Part shown: piece after piece, positions 28,432 to 37,520 of the stretch
How the letters are laid out: each line of letters begins with the position of its first letter
Numbering within the stretch: the first letter of the stretch is position 1
Origin: Andalucia godoyi And28
Lineage: Eukaryota > Protista > Jakobida
Reading direction: 5' to 3'
DNA length: 64,000 nt
Assembly (NCBI GenBank): GCA_009859145.1
Contig: VRVR01000036.1
Coordinates: 200,956 to 264,955 of the forward strand
Made by a program: the position numbers and the translations under genes
The notes under the pieces: model-generated
Told to the model about the DNA's origin: nothing
Seen by the model: the letters and a program-made list of their open reading frames with translations, nothing else
The model's database searches: none

Positions 28432-30687
28432 TCAGGAGGAAGAAGAAGAAGAAGAAGAAGCAAACTTCGGGAATCGAGAGGCCGCCGCAGCATTTTCAAC
28501 ATCCAAGAGCATTCGATAACAGCTCTTCTGTCGAACTGTGTCATCCAAAAGGGAGTACAGATCAGCAAGTCGCTTTCGGTGCAGCAGAAGCTGTTCGGAC
28601 AACTCGCGCGATTCTACATCAACCACTGCGCCACCATCGTTTGCATGCTCAAGAAGTGACCGGTAGCAGCTAAGATCTGCATCGTCCGAAGCATTTTCGG
28701 TGGATGACGAGGCCGAAGAAAGTGCAGAGTCCGCAGAAACAAGAGTCTGCAGTTCTTTCAACAACCCGGATCGCAGTTCTTCTCGAATCAAGTCTTGCAC
28801 CACGGAACTGGGTTCGACAACCGGCGGTGTCTCCGACTCAGCGGCCATGGCCTGCATCTCAAGAGCAACGAGGTAGCTCACATGACTGTTCTTGCAACTC
28901 TCCACATACGCCTGTGGAACACTCCGAATCACCGGGAGATCCCTTCTCCATTGTGGAAGCGCGTCCCGCGCACCTTGGCGGTGCTTCTTGGCCAACCGAT
29001 CACGCTCCCCCACATCAGATGCATGTGCGAACACTTCCGAGTCCACCGAATTGCTGTCCACGAGCGAATCATCCTCCGGAGATGCGCGCTTCTGCGGACC
29101 AGTTACAACAGACTTGCGGTTCTTGGGTGGAGGAAGCGAAGAGAGAGACTTTTGCAAGCGAAACTGGGCTTCCATCGCGCTGAAACTACTGCTATCGTGT
29201 TGTTTCGAAAGTGCTTGCCTCACCACTGGCGTAAGCTGAACAGTGGGCTCCAATGCGTGGGGCACATTTCTGTCACTGGAACCTCGTAATTTGGATGCCA
29301 TGCTGCCAGAAGAGGCTTGCTTCAGCAGTTCTTCGGATGCCGCATCCACATGCGCAAACGGTGCGGGCATGTGCTGCGTAAAATGTGTATCTCGAACCTT
29401 TTCCAGCAGCCTTGCACGTTGCGTTTGAGTGGCAGAGACCGGCTCCGTCAAGGATCGAATGGCCGCCGTCATCGTGATGTCGTCCTTTGCTGATGACGCA
29501 TTCTGAGAACTTGCGAACCCAATCTTGTTCAGATGGCTCCATTCCTGCTCGCCGAGCTGCGGTGCCGGCAGAACCAAGATCGGTCGAGACGGCACTTCCA
29601 CCCCAAACTTGTTCAAAACATCCGCACCCTTAGATTGTTCTATACCCCTGTCTCTCTGGTTGCCTCTATCCTCGTCGTTCAGTTCCTCGTTGTCTTGGCC
29701 TGTGCGAGATTTTGGGCGCTTTGTGCCTTGCGAAACCCGCAGAGATTCTCGATTTCGGTCGAGCACACTCCTGACATAGGTCCTTCGATCTGTCATCTTT
29801 TCTTCGAGCTCTTGATTTTCGCCTTCCACGTCATACGGTCCAAGATTCCCAGCCGCATTCTGATTCAACAGAGCCAATCGCAGTCGATTTTCCTCTTCCA
29901 TCTCTGCCCTTGCGCTCATCTTGGCTCTCTTTTTCCGATTTTCAAAAACGGGGATTCCCGCAGCCCGCAATTCTCGCTCTTTTTGCAGTTGTGCAGTCCG
30001 CTTTGCTTCTTCCAATATCTGTTCTCTGGCCTTCCGACGCGCTTTTTTGCCCATGGTGTTTGCCAAGCGCGCCTGCGCCTCTGCCAGCATTTCCTTTTCC
30101 GCTTCATCCATATCTACAGCATCGGGCTTCGCAGGCATCGTCTCCGGGTTCTTCATTTCCTGGAGCACAGAACTATGCCCCGTCGCAGAACCAAGCGTTT
30201 GCTGCATGATCTTCCCCAGCTGCGTTGCGTTGACCTGATTACTTCCACCGGGATGATGCTGTGAATGATGATGGTGATGTTGCTGACGCCCACTTCTGCT
30301 TCCTGCTGTTGTTGCTGCTGCTGCTGCTGGATGGCTGGAAAGGGCCTTCAGCGCCGGATCAAGCGCTCTGTCAAGCAATACTTGATAGTGCTCCAAACAC
30401 ATCGTTGCCGTCCGTCCTCCGCCCAGTGCCTCCGAGATTGTTTTCCACTGATTGGGAAAGATCGAAGCGAGCTGAGCCAGCTTTTCTTCTTGGGACGGCG
30501 TCCAATCTCCTTTCTGAATCGACGGATCAAGCCACTCATCCCAGCGCATTTTGCACTGCCGCGCAGACTTTCGAGGAATCAGAGACGCAACACGGTCCCA
30601 GTTGTGAAGACCATACTTTTGAACACCAGCTTTCAGCACCTCATCCTCCGAGTTTTTCCAGTGGCCGCCCTTCACATAGATTCTCAT
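28432..30687 (-). CDS. CDC5L: Pre-mRNA splicing factor CDC5L/Cef1 (Myb repeats plus Myb_Cef region)
   Basis: MRIYVKGGHWKNSEDEVLKAGVQKYG...W.RVASLIPRKSARQCKMRWDEWLDPSI; NPETMPAKPDAVDMDEAEKEMLAEAQARLANTMGKKARRKAREQILEEAKR.A.LQKERELRAAGI. Confidence 0.93.
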   Translation of the reverse strand: MRIYVKGGHWKNSEDEVLKAGVQKYGLHNWDRVASLIPRKSARQCKMRWDEWLDPSIQKGDWTPSQEEKLAQLASIFPNQWKTISEALGGGRTATMCLEHYQVLLDRALDPALKALSSHPAAAAATTAGSRSGRQQHHHHHSQHHPGGSNQVNATQLGKIMQQTLGSATGHSSVLQEMKNPETMPAKPDAVDMDEAEKEMLAEAQARLANTMGKKARRKAREQILEEAKRTAQLQKERELRAAGIPVFENRKKRAKMSARAEMEEENRLRLALLNQNAAGNLGPYDVEGENQELEEKMTDRRTYVRSVLDRNRESLRVSQGTKRPKSRTGQDNEELNDEDRGNQRDRGIEQSKGADVLNKFGVEVPSRPILVLPAPQLGEQEWSHLNKIGFASSQNASSAKDDITMTAAIRSLTEPVSATQTQRARLLEKVRDTHFTQHMPAPFAHVDAASEELLKQASSGSMASKLRGSSDRNVPHALEPTVQLTPVVRQALSKQHDSSSFSAMEAQFRLQKSLSSLPPPKNRKSVVTGPQKRASPEDDSLVDSNSVDSEVFAHASDVGERDRLAKKHRQGARDALPQWRRDLPVIRSVPQAYVESCKNSHVSYLVALEMQAMAAESETPPVVEPSSVVQDLIREELRSGLLKELQTLVSADSALSSASSSTENASDDADLSCYRSLLEHANDGGAVVDVESRELSEQLLLHRKRLADLYSLLDDTVRQKSCYRMLLDVENAAAASRFPKFASSSSSSSS

Positions 30688-31113
30688 TTCCCCAATCTAT
30701 ACTTCTCCAAACAGTGAATCCGAAACACCCAAAGTCGTTAATTTAATTTAAAATTATTATATAAGAAGCAACGAAATGACGCAAGTTGGAGACACAAGGT
30801 TGTGTGAATGACGAAGGGGGGGAACGAAGGAGAAAAATGAAGGGCCTCGAGTAGCTGCGTGAGGCATTCTTGGGAGTTGTACGATAGCACTAGCACAATA
30901 ATGTCGTAACCGTTTTGACGGATATTTTTTTGCTGTCGTTTTTTAATTATTAAAAAAAATAAAAATATAAAGACTATTTGTCTTTCTTTATTTTTCTCAT
31001 TTCGTTCTGTTATTTCTCCCTTTTTTTATTAAATTTATGACTTTTATTTTCTTTCTTTCTTTCGTTTAGCAAGGTTTTCTTTTTGGCAAGGAAAAAAATA
31101 ATTTTGAGAATCA

Positions 31114-31944
31114 ATGGCGTCATATAAACCGGTGACACGAGTTGGGAACTGGGCGGAGGAGCAGAGTCTGCAGGATTTGCAACTGACGACGTTTCTAAAG
31201 GCGCGTGATGCTGGATGCTTGCCGGCCCAAAAGCTGGCGGACCACCGATCGCAGCATCAAGCGTTTGTGCAGGTCTCCACCTCGAGTGATGGAAATTTGC
31301 ACTACGGAGACACGATTCTTCTCATGAGCGCCGAGACCTCGGGTTTTGTCGCGTCCGATTTTAGCGATCCGCCCGAGTGCCAACGGGAGCTTGCGGCAGC
31401 CGTCACGACTACGGCCGTTGCGGAATTTCCGATGAAGCGATGTGCGTTTGTCGTGGTTCCTTATTCGAAAGAAGCGGCTCCGGGATCGCCCTCGGCATCT
31501 GCCGGCCTGGCACCCATTGACAAGGATGGACAGCCTGTCCGGTTTGGCGATTTGGTCACGCTTCGGTCCGTTCTTACGCCCGAGTCTGTTTTGTTCTCGC
31601 AGCGCCAGTCTGCACTGTCCTTTGCACGTGTCAGCCATGCACAAGAGGTCTTTCTGGCCCCGTTCCCCAGCCGGTATGAGGCTGCGTGGCAGTTCATTTT
31701 TGCCGATCCGTCGTACAGGGTCGAAATGGAAGGCGAGATTGTCAGAGTCAACGTCCCCGTCATTCTCCAGCATGCGGCCACGCGGCAGCTCCTGTGCTCG
31801 TCAACGTCCGTTCGCTATCCAAATACCTTTGGAAGAGAATACGAGGTTTGCTGCGCGATCAAGAAGAACGTCCACAAGGTCGAGGAAAAATGCCATGTTT
31901 TTATCCCGGTTGCACAAGCCGATGCGCCTTCTCAACAGCAATAA
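31114..31944 (+). CDS. CFAP161: Cilia- and flagella-associated protein 161-like
   Basis: Y...RVGNW.E...L...FL..RD.G.L, SSDGNLHYGDTILL, the beta-trefoil-like repeats GDLVTLRS and VILQHAATRQLL, and FGREYEVC. Confidence 0.8.
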   Translation: MASYKPVTRVGNWAEEQSLQDLQLTTFLKARDAGCLPAQKLADHRSQHQAFVQVSTSSDGNLHYGDTILLMSAETSGFVASDFSDPPECQRELAAAVTTTAVAEFPMKRCAFVVVPYSKEAAPGSPSASAGLAPIDKDGQPVRFGDLVTLRSVLTPESVLFSQRQSALSFARVSHAQEVFLAPFPSRYEAAWQFIFADPSYRVEMEGEIVRVNVPVILQHAATRQLLCSSTSVRYPNTFGREYEVCCAIKKNVHKVEEKCHVFIPVAQADAPSQQQ

Positions 31945-32039
31945 GAACTGAGTAATTAAAAATAAAAAAAATAAAAAATAAAAACATAAGTGCAAGAAGA
32001 ACAAGAAGAAGAAATGGCGATAGAAGAAGACGGCGAAGA

Positions 32040-33929
32040 CTATGGGCTGAAAAAATCACAAAGGGCGGTGATCCAAGTCGCAGCAGCAGCAGCCCCAGCA
32101 TCCATCTCTCCACGCGCCAACTCGGGATTGACGTAGGCCGCACGGCCTGCGGAGGGAGCCATGCCACGAGTTTGCTCCGCCCCATTCTGCGCGGCTTGTT
32201 TCACACGTTGCATGAGACTCGACATGGCAACGGAGTCGCACCCCATTGGAGATCCTGAGGCTGCAGGCGGAGCAGCGGAAACTGCAGCGTGAGTGGAGAG
32301 AACCGAGAGGACAGGAAGAAGAGAATCAAGCATGGTGCGGTCTCCAGCTTTGGCCTTCCCAAACTTTTGCACGGCTTGCAGTGCCGAAGACAGCGCCGTG
32401 TGCATCACAACCACGGGATCATTCAAGTGCTCTGCATCGATGGTCAAGACTGCAGTGCCCGCAGCCGCAAACATCAGCGCGTACAGAACGCCCGATGTTC
32501 CGCCGACTAGCGCCCCGATTTCATGCGCTACGCGAAGGCACAGTACGGACACATCGCTCGAGAGCGATCCGTTCGAGCAGGAAAAGAGATCCGTAGACGC
32601 CACAACCGTCAGTGCTGCTTGCGAAATTGCAGAAAATGAAAGGCCTGCGTCGCCATCTCCGGCGATTGTGTCCAATCTTGTGAGTTCCGCGGTTGTGGAA
32701 AGCAGCGCATTGCACGCGCTGAAAGCTGCATTCCTGATGCGCTGCCGTCTTCGTTCGAGTTTGCTGCTTTCCCCACCGGTGATGACGGCCGGGGGCCCTG
32801 AATTCACACCAGATATGTTGTGCTCTGGTCTCTGTGTGGCAGCAAGCGGAGCGACGATAGACAAGCTGTTGAGCGAGGAAGTGCTTCCTTTGCCACCAAA
32901 CGTTGATGGCCAAGACGGAGCCATTGTGGGGGCATCAAGACATTGTGCGACATTCATTTCGCCTGCAATTTCAAGATCGGCGGGAAGGACGCTGATGGAA
33001 AAGCCGCGCATGTCCAGCGACGTCATGATTGCGCCGCTGATAAATCTGAGCACTGCGAAGCCTGCACTTTGCAAAGCGTGGAATGTGCTCTTGCATGCAA
33101 CGCCCATTTCCAAGTTGGAAAGCCCTCCGAGATTATTGACAAACACTGCGAGATTTCGAGTCGCACTTGGGGCTGCCTTTTCTGCAAGCTTGGCAACCAG
33201 GCTTGCGGCGAGCGCATCCGCTGTGGGTAAGAAGTTCAGGACAAGCGCACCTGGCTCCCCATGAATTCCAAGTCCGACTTCCACAGACGTTTCCGGCTGA
33301 TCCAACCGAGTGGATCTGGGAACTCCTGGAACAGTGCACACTGACAAACTTGCGCCAATGGACAGTACATGGCTGGAGGCGCTCTGTGCTGCAAGCGTAA
33401 CCGTTTCCAAAGATGCTTTCGACGCCGCAACAGCTGCGGCGCACTTGTGCACGAGCACCGTCCCTGCAATTCCGCGATTACCGATCTTGGACTCTGTGAG
33501 TGCAATATCGTCTGCAACGAACACCACGGATATCTCGATTCCAAGCTCGGATGTTGCAAACTGAGAAGCAAGACCAAATGCAAGACGGTCTCCTGTATAG
33601 TTCTTCACAATCAACAGCACCCCGCATTTCGTGAACTGGCATACGTACCGGATTGCAGCAAGGATCGCGTGCACGTGAGGAGACGCAAACACATCTCCGG
33701 ACACCGCAGCCGTCAGCAAGCCGTCAGCAACAAGTCCAACATGCGAAGGCTCGTGTCCAGCACCACCGCCCGAGATAATCGCAACCTCATCCGCAGGAAT
33801 GACCCGTCGTGCAACTACTTTTGTTCCCGGGTACCCGTCCAATCGAACCAGATCTGGACGACTCAGCAAATATCCATCTATCGAATCCGTCACAACCGAC
33901 TGAACATCATTGCAAAGACTCTTGCTCAT
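32040..33929 (-). CDS. Dihydroxyacetone kinase / triokinase (DAK1+DAK2 fusion, TKFC-like)
   Basis: VAIISGGGAGHEPSH, GDVFASP, IVKNYTGDRLAFGLA, VGLGIHGEPG, LDTIAGDGDAG, GGTSGVLY, GDRTMLDSL, GRAAY. Likely ATG at 33929. Confidence 0.95.
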   Translation of the reverse strand: MSKSLCNDVQSVVTDSIDGYLLSRPDLVRLDGYPGTKVVARRVIPADEVAIISGGGAGHEPSHVGLVADGLLTAAVSGDVFASPHVHAILAAIRYVCQFTKCGVLLIVKNYTGDRLAFGLASQFATSELGIEISVVFVADDIALTESKIGNRGIAGTVLVHKCAAAVAASKASLETVTLAAQSASSHVLSIGASLSVCTVPGVPRSTRLDQPETSVEVGLGIHGEPGALVLNFLPTADALAASLVAKLAEKAAPSATRNLAVFVNNLGGLSNLEMGVACKSTFHALQSAGFAVLRFISGAIMTSLDMRGFSISVLPADLEIAGEMNVAQCLDAPTMAPSWPSTFGGKGSTSSLNSLSIVAPLAATQRPEHNISGVNSGPPAVITGGESSKLERRRQRIRNAAFSACNALLSTTAELTRLDTIAGDGDAGLSFSAISQAALTVVASTDLFSCSNGSLSSDVSVLCLRVAHEIGALVGGTSGVLYALMFAAAGTAVLTIDAEHLNDPVVVMHTALSSALQAVQKFGKAKAGDRTMLDSLLPVLSVLSTHAAVSAAPPAASGSPMGCDSVAMSSLMQRVKQAAQNGAEQTRGMAPSAGRAAYVNPELARGEMDAGAAAAATWITALCDFFSP

Positions 33930-34409
33930 CGCCCAGCACTCGCCAAATATACTACCAACCAACAATAACCAACATCAATAACAATAACAACAATAATAAT
34001 AGTAATAATGAAGAGTATTGAAGAGATAAACAAATGAAAGTATGCAAAGTGGATTTGTCGTTTCCACTTATTGCGATATGACGAAGCAGTCTAAAGCGCA
34101 CGTAAGCAAAAACACTGCCACGCGCCGTGCGAATGTGTTTGTTACGGTATCTTGACAATTCCGTCACACGATGCCCGATTCGTTTCGCCTCCCATTTTGA
34201 TCATGGAATCCCTATACATACGCCGCCGCGTTGCATTATGCATGTTGCTGGGTTGCAACATTGATCATGGGTGATCAGCGATGATTATCGGTGGTTCGTG
34301 TACAATGTAGGCACCAGAACGAGAACCATGCATCAAAAATATTAGCAGAATGTGCGTATTTCCGGGTGGGTTTTTGCCAAGTTAACATGCGTGTTTATTT
34401 TTTATTATT

Positions 34410-34790
34410 ATGGTTGTTGCAAGTGACGCATTGTTGCATGTCTTGCTCCATGGGATCTCGATGTACGTGATACCCCTCGCCTGCGACGGTGCGACGGTGG
34501 GCCGTCTCGGGAACGGATTAGAAGCATCCGAACCAGATCGCAGCACATGTACATCCTCAAGGATACTGAACAAAAAGACCGTCAGGCAACCCGTCGAGAT
34601 CGAGAAAGTGAAATCAGTCGCGCTCTACGCAAGAGTCTCGTCGACCCGCCAAGAAGTGGTGGACCTCCAACGTTTCAAATTGTCAATCTTCGTATGCAGC
34701 CAGTGCGATCACATTCTGCTTTTGAATAATCGCAGACATCGAAGGTGGTTTTTGTGCACAGTCGACTCGTGCTTCCTTTACGTTCGCGCA
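34410..34790 (+). pseudogene. Frameshifted IS607-type TnpA relic (MerR-like HTH plus serine recombinase catalytic N-terminus)
   Basis: VALYARVSSTRQEVVDLQR (34617-34673) contains the resolvase active-site pattern Y-[LIVAC]-R-[VA]-S-[ST]-x2-Q. A 2-nt shift gives QIVNLR, as in DLxRQxxxL. Upstream, in the other frame, LRRCD...IRSIRT...HMYILKD resembles the IS607 HTH TLRRWD..G.I..IRT.GGHRRY. Confidence 0.7.
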
Positions 34791-34823
34791 TGTTGCCGCG
34801 TTCTGCTGGCGCCAGTGGCTAGC

Positions 34824-36955
34824 TTAGATGTTGATAGTCTTCACAAGCCTGGTTCTCTCATCAAGATCTTCTGCGTCTGCAAGGTCGTCTCGAGATTGAA
34901 GAACTGACGAGTGCCGGGAGCCAAGGCGGCTTCCAACTCTGCGAATGGTTCCTGGCGGCGGATGCGGCTGCGGAAAAGTTTGATGAGGCCCGGCGACGTT
35001 CCCGCTGCCGAGATCGAGGAGTTTCTTTCGGAGCGCCTCGTTTCCAGACTGCTTGACAAACCGATGCGACATGAAAGCGCCAACAAGCACCCAAAGCACA
35101 AATATGCCGATGATGCACCCACCAACGACGGATGGCAACGGGTACATCAATCCGGCCATTGTTGCAAATACTGCAACCACTGTGATGGCTGGACGTATCA
35201 AATGATCGAGACGATTGTAGCTTGACGGGTGACTCTTTTTGATGTATGCAGCAATACCAAGGTTTGGAAGCATGTACACCGTCAGCAATCCATACGATCC
35301 GATGAGATTGGACGCGGCAAACGCTGACCAACCGCCCGACGAGGACGACCCCACGAGATTCCAGTCAATGGTTCCAGCCACGTTGCTCGTGTAGCTAAGC
35401 TCTACAGAATACACAAAGGCAAGAAGAATAGCCGCGGCCGCACAAACGGCATTGGTAGCAATGATGGCGCGCACGGGAGTTTGTCTTGTTGGATGCAGTT
35501 TTCCAAAGTATCCGAGGTGAAAGATGTCTGCATGGCCCATCGACATGAGCAGTCTCGCATTGAAATTGAGTTGCGCCACAAGCCAGTTGAAGGACGTTGT
35601 CATTCCGGCAATGTCGATGAAGTACCCGAACCATGAAGACACGTAATGCTGGGCTAGAAGATTCATAGGCATGCCTGCGCTTTTCCCTCCATTTGTCCCG
35701 TATGTCAAGATGTTTGCAGCATCGTATTTCCCAAGTCCCCACACAAGCGCTAATGTGCCGATCCACACAAATCCCGAGACGCAAATGACGCTTCCAAAAA
35801 CGGAGAAGGCGACAACACGGACCGGATCCTTAGCCTCTTCAGCAAGCGACGTTGCTCCTTCAAACCCATCGCAGACCAGCACAGCAAGCACCACAGCCTG
35901 GATAAACCCGAATGCACCGTTGGGATTCTCCTCCGAGCTTGCCGAATCGGGCAAGAAGTGATTTCCGTCCACAAGCATTGCGCCAACAAACACACTCACA
36001 ATGATGGCTTCGATTGCCGACAGAATGATGGAAATCCGCAACGAAGACTCAATTCCCTTTACAGACAGCAGCGTCACGACGATCGTGAACACCACGAGCG
36101 AAATTTGGAAAGGAACCGCAACTTGGTCGTCCGACGCATTGTTGCCGTATGCGTACCGTTTTGCCACATCCGATGAAAACAGCGCAATCTGCAGTACAGC
36201 CTGGACCCCAAGAGCTAAATACGCAATGAGCATTATCCACGCAGTAAACAGACCTGCAAACGGCCCAAGAGAAAGGGTTGAGTACGTAAAGAACGAGCCT
36301 GCGGAAGGATGCCATCGTACAAACAACTGCAGAGTCCGCGACAGCGACAGGCATAAGAAGATCGTGGCCAACAGGGCATACGGAGCACTCGTTCCTGCGG
36401 CCGCCAAAATCAATGGAACATTAAAAAACAACGAACCTGCGCATCCATACATGGAATCGACAAACAAACAAACAAACCAAAACCAAAACCAACAGCGGAC
36501 GCACATCCCAACTCCAAGCAAAGAGTCAACACATCATTATCGTTAACATTATCGTCATGATCAGATATAGAAGCATGCCACATGACCCATGTGTGCAGTG
36601 TTTGATAGACAGAAGCAGATCAGAAGAAGAGCATACTGGTCGGTGAAGTGTTGAGCAGGCTCATTGCGAAGGCATAGGCTGCGGTGACATTTCTTTTAGG
36701 ATCATCTTGAAAGAGCAGCCTGTCACTTTCTCCAGAAGTATCTACACTATCTACATTATTATTATTATTATTATTATTGCTATTGCTATTGCTATTGCTA
36801 TTGTTATTATTATTATTGTTGTTGTTGTTGTTGTGGTGGTTGTGTTTTGATGAAGGACTCAAGAGGTGCTGCTGCTCGTGCAGATTTGCCAGAGTTGTAT
36901 TACGCAAAAGATCATTTTGCCGAAACGGTGGTGAGATGCTTGACAAATGAGACAT
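34824..36955 (-). CDS. APC-superfamily amino acid permease (prokaryote-like core); two exons, 36955-36637 and 36436-34824
   Basis: After removing a 200-nt phase-1 intron (GTATGC...GCGCAG, 36636-36437) it reads AYAFAMSLLNTSPT-S-SLFFNVPL...HPSAGSFFTYSTLSLG...GFEGATSLAEEAKDP...HPTRQTP. About 12 TMs and a poly-Asn N-terminal extension. Confidence 0.85.
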
Positions 36956-37520
36956 TTAACAATTACACATGTATATAACAAAGAAGATTGAATACTCTCT
37001 GTGATCAAAAACCCAAAAAAAGAAAAAGGAAAGGAAAGGAAAGGAAAAGAAAAGAAAAAGAGGGAATAATAAACTCAACATTATTACGTCCGAAACTGTA
37101 AATAAAATATAAAAGGTTTGAAAAACGAGAAAATGTTTCGCGCATGTACGATACAGCTTGCACAATACGTCAACGAGCGAGTGTTGCCTCGTGGGTGTTC
37201 AGTGTTGACCTCAAATTTGCGGAGGACGATGCGGGGGGAATCGTTGCCAAATCGAGAAAAGTGCCCGAATCGTCAGTCTTCGCAGTTCACATTGACTCGT
37301 GTCTTCGACGATGGAATGTGAACTGAACCGCCGTTTCGTTTATTAATTATTACGTAACGTGTATACGTTTTCAGAACTTGTTCTTCTTTCCATTCTCTCA
37401 TCTTTCAGTTTTATAAGATAACAACTACAATTGCGTGTGTTTGATCCACCCATCTCAATCCATTTTTTTTTAATTAGCTATTTATTTTAATTTTTTTTTG
37501 ACGCGACACTCGCATGAACG

